Source of the DNA: Bigelowiella natans CCMP2755
Taxonomy: Eukaryota > Protista > Cercozoa
Reading direction: 5' to 3'
Length of the DNA stretch: 64,000 nucleotides
Assembly (NCBI GenBank): GCA_000320545.1
Contig: ADNK01001665.1
Coordinates: 1 to 64,000, forward strand
Shown: positions 16,773-25,938 of the stretch, piece by piece
Layout: every line of letters starts with the position of its first letter
Position numbering within the stretch: position 1 is the stretch's first letter
Translations under genes and position numbers: made by a program
The notes under the pieces: generated by a model
The model's database searches: none
The model's input: the letters and a program-made list of their open reading frames with translations, nothing else
Told to the model about the DNA's origin: nothing

Positions 16773-19187
16773 ATGACCCCTTGCAGCGATGATGTGCGAA
16801 AAGATGTGGCAACTCGGCCATCTGGAGGGCAACCGCCTGAGTCCATTGCAGCGGCACTTGGCATCCCCGTGCGGACAATCCATCGCATTCGACGTGATTG
16901 CATTCGGCAAGGGTAGCGCTTCATCGCCCTCCCCCTCGAGCGAAAGTTCCGAAAAAAATTTCCCACGAACAGCTCTTGCTTCTCAGCGAAATCGTGAAGG
17001 AAAGCCCCAAAATGACATTGGCCGAGCTCAGGGCACAGGCGGTGGCCAGTCGCACATTCGAGTCCACCAACACTGCCCCCCATCAAGCCACGATGTGCCG
17101 ACGTCTTCGGAAAGTCGTCTTCCGATGGCAGAAACCGCGATGCTCAGATCCAAGGGCAAAGCGTGGCCGGGTGCGCTTCGAGAGATGCTGCTTCCGAAAG
17201 GCTCAGCAGAATGGACTGGACCCGGACGGCAAAATCCTGTCAATGGACGAGAGCAACTTTTGCTACGAGCAGGCAACGAGGGCGTGGGGCACCATGCACA
17301 AGCCTGCTGTTCTGGAGAAGCCCAAAGGGAAAGCAATGCGTGGGACCCTTTTCGCCACGATTGGGTTTTCGACCGCAGGTGGAGAGTCGAAGGCGTTCAT
17401 CCACTGGCTCCTTGTGCCCCCCCGCAAATCCTGCGCCCCTCTTCCAGACCGCATCCAGGACCACGAGACAACCGATCCTGCTTCAGAGAGGGCAGCCCCA
17501 AAGCAGAAGTGCACGGCGGCCTTTGTCAATGGGATCACTTCCGAGGGACTGAAACGAGGGCTGAAAGAGCTCAGAATCCGGTCTCCAGCCACATCCACCG
17601 CCTCAATGCGAGAAGTTCTTCTCCGCGTGGGCCGAAATGGCTCGAAGACGAACGAGCTTCGCATGAGAAAGCGCGGGCGACCAAATGCTGGAGGTGTGGT
17701 CGTCCCGCCCACAGGAGACGCCTGTGTGGTCTCTGAGCACCTGCACGAAGGCCTTGGTGCGTGCCTTGATGGGCAAGACCTGCACGCTGGAGACCAGATG
17801 GAGTGCAAATGCTCGGCAGATCTCGGGATCAAGGGCTGTCCTGACGGTGGCAAGCGTGAATTCAGACCAGCTGTTCGGGATGTGACCCTCATGTGGGACA
17901 ACGCTCCGTCTCACCTGCCAACGACGTCAAACACCAGTGTTTCACCTTTTGCAAAGTGGTGCCAAGACAAGCTTGGTCTTCGTGGTCTGATGATGCAAAC
18001 ACCGCCTTGCTCACCCTGGTTCAACCCAGTCAAGCTCTTCTTCGCATGCGTCAAGCAATGCTGCCGGAAATTCGCTCCCCCCGATGCTCCGGCACTTCTC
18101 CAGCGCATCAGGGAAGCCACTGCGAAGGTCTCTGGGGTCATGATCCAAAACTGGTTCAAGAAGTGTGGCTTCAAAGTGGGCGCAGAAAAGGAGCCCGATG
18201 TGGACCCGAACGAGGGCGTTGAAGACAGGTGCAGCCTTCCTAGGCGAGCACGCTTTCAGCGGAGGGAGCACGTCGCTTGCGCCGACTCATCGGGAAAGAT
18301 CCGCCGTGAGAAGAAAAGTGGCCACACGAGGTGGACCCGCTGCGACGACGATGGCAAAATCACTGGGACGCTGCAAAACGCTGTCTGTTGCAAAGAGGTC
18401 TGGCGTGCGCAGACGATCTGGCCGGCGAATCCAGAGCTGCCCGGAGCCAGACAATGGCAAAGCCCCTCGATGGGTTGGCTTGTCACCCGAGCCGAGTGCT
18501 GTCGTGCACGCCGACTGCTCACAACCACACGGTGAAGGTGGCATGTCCCAGGTGGAGCGTGTTGCAGATGAAAGAACGACACGACCTGGTGCAGAGCACC
18601 TTTTGAAGTGGCGGGACTGCGATGACGCGCAATCAGTGCCTGAGGGGCGAATCCATGGTCTGGAGGCATTGCTAGACGGGTTTGACCATGGCCGCGTTGA
18701 TGAGGAGGCCAAAATCCAAAAAAACAAAAAAGCGTCAGCTTCGTCTAGCTCTAGCTCCTCTTGCATCCCGAGCAGAGCAGTCGAGGTTGGTGATGTGGTT
18801 GCGATGAAGTCTCCCTCAAGTGCACCGGAACCCTTCCACGTCGCAAAGGTGTTGAGCGCAAGGGGCGGCTTCATGAGCCTTCATTGGTGGAGCTCAAAAA
18901 AGATCGACGGCACCCACTCGCCCGATTTTCGAATCCCTCAGGGTGGTCCTGGGAAGGGTCACGGAGGGCCCTGCACCCAATCAAACGTCAGTGCGGACAC
19001 TGTCATCGACCGAATCGCAAAGCTTCAGGGCAAATCTCGAGGCAAAATCCCCTCGTCGCAACTGAAAGAAATCCTCAAGCTGGTGCGTGCGCAGAGGACA
19101 CAAAAGAGGCGCAGGCAAGCCACATCCTGGGACAAGGCCTCAAAAGTGAGCGCTCCCCCCATTGGCACACCCTGTGTCCCACCCTGA
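16773..19187 (+). pseudogene. IS630/Tc1/mariner-superfamily DDE transposase with frameshifts, an internal insertion and a C-terminal chromodomain-like extension
   Basis: N-terminal HTH (MTPCSDDVRK...IAAALGIPVRTIHRIRR), frameshift near 16910, second HTH (MTLAELR...ATMCRRL), SMDESNF (D at 17246), MWDNAPSH (D at 17897), PPCSPWFNPVK (canonical PPYSPxxNPIE). A second frameshift near 18370 leads into a chromodomain-like segment at 18540-18680. Confidence 0.82.
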
Positions 19188-19269
19188 CCAGAGCGCTTCT
19201 CAATGAGCTCTCTGCAAGCCTGCAAAACAAAATGAAAAAAAAACGGCTGTCGTTCCTCTGAGTGAGTTT

Positions 19270-19677
19270 CTTGAGTGGCTTGAGTGGCCCACTTTTCTGC
19301 CTGGCTTCCAATGCGCGCTGCTGCGAGATTTCTTGTCTTTTTTTTTTTCAAATGAATTCAAAATGTGCAAAAACTCAACCACTCCGCCACTCAGAAGTGT
19401 GCTTTGGGCTGCTGGAGGCGCAAAAAATGCCGTCACGTGACAAAAAAATGACGTCGCTTCTCTGAGCTTGGTGGCTTGAGTGGCTTGAGTGGCTTGAGTG
19501 GCCCACTTTTCTACCTGGCTTCCAATGCGCGCTGCTGCGAGATTTTTCATCTTTTTTTTTTTCTGACAAATTCAAAATGTGTGAAAACTCAACCACTCCG
19601 CCACTCAGAAATGTGCTTTGGGGCGCTGGAGGCGCAAAAATGCCGTCACGTGATGAAAAATGACGTCGCTTCTCTGA
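19270..19677 (+). repeat. Tandem direct repeat of about 195 bp (19270-19465 and 19484-19677), each copy headed by CTTGAGTGG 9-mers
   Basis: Direct comparison of the two copies shows near identity. It lies between the convergent 3' ends of the transposase and helicase genes. Confidence 0.92.
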
Positions 19678-22155
19678 AGGAGAGCGCCCTTTTCATTGCC
19701 GACCCAGTCCAGAAGCTCACTTTCGCTTCTGCTTGCCGCTTTCTTTTGGTTCCCACCTCGTTCCCTTCGTCTTCCAACTCCATGGCCGGACAGCAATGCG
19801 GGTCTTGCAGCAGCATCCCCTTGATGACCATGACTTTTCTCCGGTTCTTCCTGTCGCAGTGATCCCCACACTTCGCCTTTGTGCAGTGCTTGCTGCACGT
19901 CTTGCAGATGTTTTGAGAGACGTGGGTGTGCCCGGCTTTCTTGATCTCGTCCATGTCCGAATTGCTGACATTCATCCCTTGTCCAACATTGCACTTCTTG
20001 GCCATGAAGCTGGTGAACGCGCTGTTGAAGTCCTCCAATGTCGTGACCGCGCCTTCTTTGTGCACCACCTGGTTGCTTTCTAGAAACTCTTGCATCTTGT
20101 TGACTTTCTTCGAAAAGTTCAGTCTGGACTGGTGGAAGGATTTGGGGACCATGTCCCAGATTTCCCGGCCGTTGCTGGCCTTTGGCTGGGTTTTGTGCGC
20201 CTTGATGCACCGGATCATCACGCGGGCATGCTGGTCGCTGTTCACGATGCGATCCATGATGTTGGTGTCCCTTGACATCGTGTTCGTGTCGAAATGGAAG
20301 ATCACAAGTCTCCTCGCGAGGGCACCTGACGTGTCCTTGTGGTTTGGGAAACAGTTGCCGATGCACATCGACGTCGGTGGCCAGTTTGCGCAGCGCGCCA
20401 GCTTGTTCTTCTGGGCGATGTGCACCTCCTCTCCTGATGCAACACTTTGGAAGTCGGCCTGCGGCATGTGTTTGTGGAACTTCTTGTGGTCTAGATCCAT
20501 CACCATGTTGCACCTCTTTTCCTGGAGTGTCTCGAGGCCAAAGACTTGCTCCTTGCCAAAGGTGCCGACGGTGCCTTTGGGGAACATGGCTTTGATCATC
20601 TCCCCCACCGTGCTTTTTCCCGTGTTCGCCACGCCTTTGATGTGCGGAACGCATTGCCACCTGTCGTGCCGTGCGGTGAAGAACAGCCGGCCAACGAATG
20701 TCTCGAACCATCTGATCACATCGTTGAGCTTCTCCTGGACCCCCTCGTGTCTGGCCCCCCACTGCCAACTTGGGCTTGCGCTGTGGCTGCGTTCGGACGA
20801 GGGCATCCCAGTCGTCCGTGTGGTGGGCACGAGGCGTCTGTGAGCCACCCTCGTCCCAGTGCCCTGCAAACGTCTTCGGGAACTTTCTCTCGTGGTGGTG
20901 GCATGTCATGGGCGGCTTCTTGCACTCCGACCAGGGGATGAAGACTGTCGTCTCCATGTCAAAGCACCGCCCGTCCGTGAACGAGATGGTTCTCGTGCTC
21001 ATTTCCGATTCCAGGACAAAGTCGAAGCGTGGATGGGACGTGTTCTTCATCCAGTCATTCAGAGACTTGACGGGGATGTTTCCGTTTTGAACAAAACCAT
21101 GCTTCAGCGCAATCTTGCAGTGATCCTCGTGCGAGCGGAGAACCGTGTGCACCCCGGGGATGGACTTGTGCGGGGCCATGACGTTGCCGTCCTGTCGCCT
21201 GAGTCCAAGTTTGTGGGCCTCGCTCCACAGAATGCACGTCGCCCGCGTCAGCGGCTCATCGATTTCATGCTTCGCCTGTGGACCCCAGCAGAATTCCCAG
21301 TCGGCAGCAGTCGGAGTCATGGGTTTCTCGATGAGCTTGAGGTCGAGACGCGTCTTGCGCTTGATGAAAACTTCCGCGCCGCGAAGAAATTCGCTCGGCA
21401 GGGGGGTCAAGGGGGTCGTCCCCTCGAGCATGACGCCGTCATGACATGGAGCCCCAACACGCCGCCCTTTCCTCGTCGCACATTCCGTGAGAGCACTCAT
21501 CGCCTGGACCTCATGGCTCTGCCAGACCCTCGAAATGAAGCAGCCTTTTTTGTTGGTTTTCTTGTTGTCGGCCTCCACCGCCTTCCAGATGCTTTTGTGT
21601 CGCTTCATTTTCCGCAAGGTCTTGAAGATCTGCCCCATCTCGGTCTCGAGTCGGGCCAGAATGGGGACTGAAGTCGTGCAACGCTTCCCCTCGTCGCGGT
21701 CACAGAAGTCGAAATCTTTCTCGACGAACTTTCCCTCGCCACGCTTCGATTCCAGGTGGGAGCCTCCATGCATCACGATGAGAAACATCCGCTTGCGCTG
21801 CCCGCGAGATTTTGGGTGACGGTGCGTTCAGCTTTCCCACCTCGTTGAGACAATTTTCCCGGTGGCTTGCGTGAAGTGCCAGTGCTGACACGCTCTCTTT
21901 CCACTCGGGTCTCCTCCGCAAAATCTCCCGCAAGATGGTGGGTGCGCAGTTGACGATGTCCACGTCGTTGCAAAGAGAGCCACAGATGAGCCGCCTGATC
22001 TGCGAGGGGAGGCTCTGCATGCGTCCTCCGTGCACCCTGCCCTCAGGAAAACCTTCCGAGACCTTGTGCTTGGCCACCAGCCTTGTGGCGCATTTCTTCT
22101 TCTTCAATTGTTGCTTCAAGTCGAGAACTGAGGAGTCGTGGGCGGGTTGCATCAT
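19646..22155 (-). pseudogene. TVpol (PolA-related) plus D5-like SF3 helicase fusion, split over three frames
   Basis: GRVHGGRMQSLPSQIRRLI...DVDIVNCAPTIL (21700-22155), FLIVMHGG...FISRVWQSHE...CHDGVML (21400-21790), then GRL..DRWQ..HIKGVANTGKST (Walker A 20612-20635), DL, FQSVASGEEVHIAQKNK, GNCFPNHKDTSGALARRLVIF. This is the TVpol-SF3 helicase architecture known from virophages and Polinton-like viruses. Confidence 0.82.
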
Positions 22156-22159
22156 GACC

Positions 22160-23524
22160 CCAGAAAGGATCCGACGGCAATTTGATGTCGGTGATGTTCA
22201 CGCGGTTGCCCGTGGCTTTGCACATGAACTGAGTCGAAAACTTCACTGTGGTCGTCGTGCCGTTGTCGCAATCCCTTGCGGGAAGGTGCTGGCTGGCGCG
22301 CAACGCCGCCGATTCGACTTGCACGATCACCTGCTGCATGTCGACGTCTGCACAGGCGCTGGAGTTGCCCGCCAGAAGCTCCCGGATGCGTGCTCTCTCC
22401 TCAGTGCAACCAGGCGTCGCAGGGTTGGAAAACGTGGTTTGCGGGACATGTGACATCACGACATCAAGGCCGCCCGTAGCGTTTGGGTCAAACTCAAAGA
22501 CAATTTCGACATCGCACCCGTTCGAGCCCACGATTTTCCGGGCGTGGGGGAGCCCCTCGTTGCGGCTGTCGTTCAGTGCGGCCAGCCGCTCGGCCTCATT
22601 GGCGAACATGAATGAGCGGCATGTCATGTCGGTGAGTGGCGAGCGCGTCAGCATCACCCCGGAGGTGCACCGGGTTCCTACTCTCTCATCGACACAAGAC
22701 GACCCATTGGACCCGAAGACCATTTGATGTGAGGCGTTGTGGAAAATTCGGTTGCATGGCGGGTGCATTGCAACGTTTGGGGTTGAGCCTTCGGTGGTGT
22801 GCTTGCCGTTCACCATGCCAATTTTGAAGCTAACACCCCCCCAGCTGTCCTGCCCACGTAGCCTTTCCTCCGGACATTCGCATCTGTTGAGCGGTTCGTC
22901 GAGAAGCGGGCATTGGCCTTCAGTGGTCTCGCCCGAGGATGCGTTGACGGGTGCACCAAACGAGTTGGAGAAGACCTTGCAAGGCAACTTCGACTCCTGA
23001 AAGACACATCCGATGTCCTGACCCAGCTTCACCACTGGGTCGAGCAGTGTGTCGTTGAACAGAGCACCCTTGGACAGACACAACAGCAGGGTGTCGGAAC
23101 CAGATCCTTGCCTGTGCTCGAAGGCTCGACTCCCTGGTGCGATTCCGACCCACCATTCGCACATGTCAGGACACTTCGACGAGCCCGACGGGCTCGCGGC
23201 GTTCCTGCATTCGAACCGCGAGTGTCCACCAAAAGGATCGGGAATGCAGTCCCCCACGGCGAATGCACGTGTCACGGCACCCCTGCAGTCATCACTGGAT
23301 GTGCACAGCCAAGTGCGGTTGAGGTCGCAGTCGGCCATCGCTGAGCCTGTCGAAGCACAGTCCCAGCATGTGCCGCTGGTCGCACCGCAACTTTCACCCG
23401 TTTTTCGACGACACGTTGAGTCAGAGCATTGAATCACACAAAAGTCTTGCGTCTGTTGCGCCCGAACCGGCTGCTGAGCCAGAGCCAGAGCCAGGAGAAC
23501 AGCAAGCACTTGCTGGGTAGCCAT
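22160..23524 (-). CDS. Intronless secreted Cys-rich protein of unknown function (element cargo)
   Basis: Signal-peptide-like MATQQVLAVLLALALAQQPVRA, a Cys-rich N-terminal module and several N-x-S/T sites. The probable ancestral stop TAG now reads TGG (22160-22162), 4 nt before the TVpol ATG. Confidence 0.65.
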
Positions 23525-23897
23525 CAGTCTGATGGAAGCTTCGCCGAAATTCCGCAAGAAAAAAAAATGTTTCAAAGCGGCTCAGAACGAAGAATGGCAG
23601 CCGGTTTGCCCTCGCAAGTCCTCTTCGATGCTCGTTTGGGTGGAGCTGCAACTGAACTTTGTGTTGTTGCGATTCTCCGGCTAAGACATCGGGATGTTTC
23701 ACTTCCCCGTTTGCGACAGGCCATTTTGTCCCAAAACATTTGCAGATGATGCCATGTCAAAATTTGCATTGAAATGATCATTACGTGCTCCTGAAAAAGC
23801 ACCGAGAAGATGATTGTACGACGAGAAAAACGAAGAATTTGTCGGCTCGAACAAAAGTGGCGGGGACTTTTTGGCCAAATTCAGCATCCGTCTTTTC

Positions 23898-23952
23898 GAA
23901 AATCCAGACAGTGGTGTTGAGAAAATCCAGACAGTGTGAGAAAATCCAGACA
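23898..23952 (+). repeat. Three direct copies of GAAAATCCAGACA
   Basis: Seen at 23898-23910, 23921-23933 and 23940-23952 in the divergent intergenic gap of the element. Confidence 0.85.
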
Positions 23953-24237
23953 AAAATGGCGGGAGCTTCAGAAAAGCGCTCAATGGCTCCCCCACGTCTG
24001 CCCAACCTGGGTGTCCGTTGGCCCAATTTGGACAGAATCATCCCCTCCAACGCCCAAGACAAGCCTTTTCTTCGCTGTGGAAAACGCAAACGGTTCAGAG
24101 CGCTGTGCTTTTTTCGACAATGCAAAACACTGCACTTTTCGCTTTGAAAAAGGCCTGACAAACTCCTTTCCCGCTTTGCAGACACTCCGAACACTTGGAA
24201 ATCTCGAACTAGGCATGGTACAAACCGAAATGAGGAG

Positions 24238-25369
24238 TTGGTTCACCCTGTGCGGTCAGAGAACCGGCCAAAACGAACTGCCAGCCCATGGCACGTGAAA
24301 GCTTTGCACGACTACTGCAGCTCCAACATCACATGTACAGAGGCTGCAGTGAAGCAGGGGAAATCCCCCCAGGCGTTTAATCATTGGTTGAAAAAAAAGG
24401 AAACAACCCCAGAGCGCAGGGACGGTCTCAGGAATGTTGCTAAAAACATCGATCTGGATGACGTGTCGATTGAGATCGATTTGGATGAGGTCTCAACTGA
24501 GACTGGAGATGAGGTTACTGGAACCAGCGACAACTTGCCCATCACCGCCAGTTCTACACGTGGAACAGGAATGGTTGTTGAGGAAGCTGGGGGGGGTAAC
24601 GTGAACTCTACCGATGCTGAAAATCGTAGAGGTACAACGGCAACGACAGGCTCTGCCGACCCCACTGAGATGGAAATCGAGGTAGTTCTCGACGATTCTG
24701 ACACTGAGGAATCAGAAATTGAGGTTGAGGTGAGTCTAGGCCAAGCTAGCAGCTCTGAGAGCGGTGTCAAAGAGCCCGACGTCCAGGAAGTGGACAGTCT
24801 ACAGGAAGGCGATCGGGCAGTGCACAGGAACATCGAGCATGTTGACGTTCTAAAAAAACACCGCAACGGAAAGGGGGGTTTTCACTACATCTGCCGACGA
24901 GCAGATGGCCACCAAGGTGCAAACTTTGGGCAAGCACCTTGCCAAAATCGAAGCGCCGTCTGAGCTGGTATCGTTTGAACACCATGGCGAAAAAACGGAT
25001 GACGTCGAAAAAATCAGAAAATGTGTTGCAGATCATTATCCCGGCCGTTACGCCGCCTTTGTCAGAGAGCAGAGAATGTTTGACCTTGAGCTGCGGCCGA
25101 AGGCCAAAATGAAACCTGGAAAAGTGTACCGCAGGGGCGACGTGACGCCGGCATGCTTCGCGAAGGCGCATGCCTTGGGCTGTGCTCTGGTCAGGGTCTA
25201 CCACCCAAACGACAAAAAGCTTAAGGACAGAGGCGGCTTGCCGAGCGCGACGGGCAAACAGAACCGCAGGCGGCACGGGCAGGAAAAGAGCTGGGCGCAG
25301 GGCGCCGTCGCGGCGAGCGAGAGGAAGGCCGAGAGCGTAGTAGAGAGCGCGCTGCAGCAGGCGCAATAG
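24238..25369 (+). pseudogene. HTH-like N-terminus, acidic linker, possible chromo-like segment and basic C-terminal domain (frameshift near 24910)
   Basis: ALHDYCSSNITCTEAAVKQGKSPQAFNHWLKKK resembles a psq/CENP-B-type HTH. A D/E-rich linker follows, then NIEHVDVLKKHRNGKGGFHYICRRADG, continuing in ORF 24905-25369. Intronless and partially TpA-depleted. Confidence 0.45.
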
Positions 25370-25938
25370 CTGGCTTGCTTTCAGCTTTACATTACTGTAA
25401 TTGGATGAGCTAGTGAGTATCGGGAAAATGCAATCATTTCATTACATCCATCTCACTCACCTGCATCACTCGCACACATTTGATCTAGTTGTTGCCCGAC
25501 ATAGCATGGATGCTTTTACATGCATGTAGTACATAATAGCAGAAATCAACAAATGCAATATAAGCACTGTAGCTGCTTTGCATAGCTACTGGACTATTAA
25601 AAAAAAAAAATAATGTCATTACATCCGTCTCATATTTGTTGCCCGCCGTGTTATTATGTATTGCTAGCATGCAATTCTAAACACATGTTCACCAAGCTAT
25701 GAATAAAGGCTGCAAATGTTCTCGATGCTAGCTATAACAAACATACAAGCATTACCATTATTGCATCAGCAAAATTGCAAATAATTTTGCAAGACTGCTC
25801 ATTCTGTGGTGGTATTTTTTTTTTTGTGTTTACCACCACATATTAACAGCTGCACTAAATGCGCTTATTTGCATTGTGCGACCCTACTGCCACTTGAGAG
25901 AAGTAGAGGTTATTGAGAGGAGGACTGCCGCAAGATGC

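Larger units (their letters stand above)
15400..25400. mobile_element. Integrated, degenerate virus/plasmid-like element (Polinton-like-virus or transpoviron-type gene set, no capsid seen), about 10 kb, TpA-hypermutated
   Basis: Intronless, microsatellite-free, tightly packed ORFs: tyrosine recombinase, DDE transposase, TVpol-D5 helicase, secreted protein, HTH protein. Composition differs sharply from the host flanks. Ends are inferred from gene content and the TpA gradient. No TIR or TSD identified. Confidence 0.8.

Noticed and set aside
16773-19187. Fanzor/TnpB nuclease associated with the IS630-like transposase
   Set aside because: No RuvC plus zinc-finger motif order was recognised in any frame downstream.
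16500-23600. Dense stack of long overlapping ORFs in all six frames
   Set aside because: An expected by-product of losing TAA and TAG, which leaves only TGA as stop. Only one frame per segment carries recognisable motifs.
16300-23700. Adaptive TA avoidance to escape self-insertion by the TA-targeting Tc1/mariner transposase
   Set aside because: It cannot explain loss of the catalytic Tyr and stop codons, the reciprocal TG/CA differences between repeat copies, the edge gradients, or the patches in host spacers.
16300-23700. Alternative genetic code or RNA editing that restores Tyr
   Set aside because: Non-coding DNA is equally affected, both TG and CA outcomes occur, and several frameshifts are present. 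Not supported, although RNA-seq would be the formal test.
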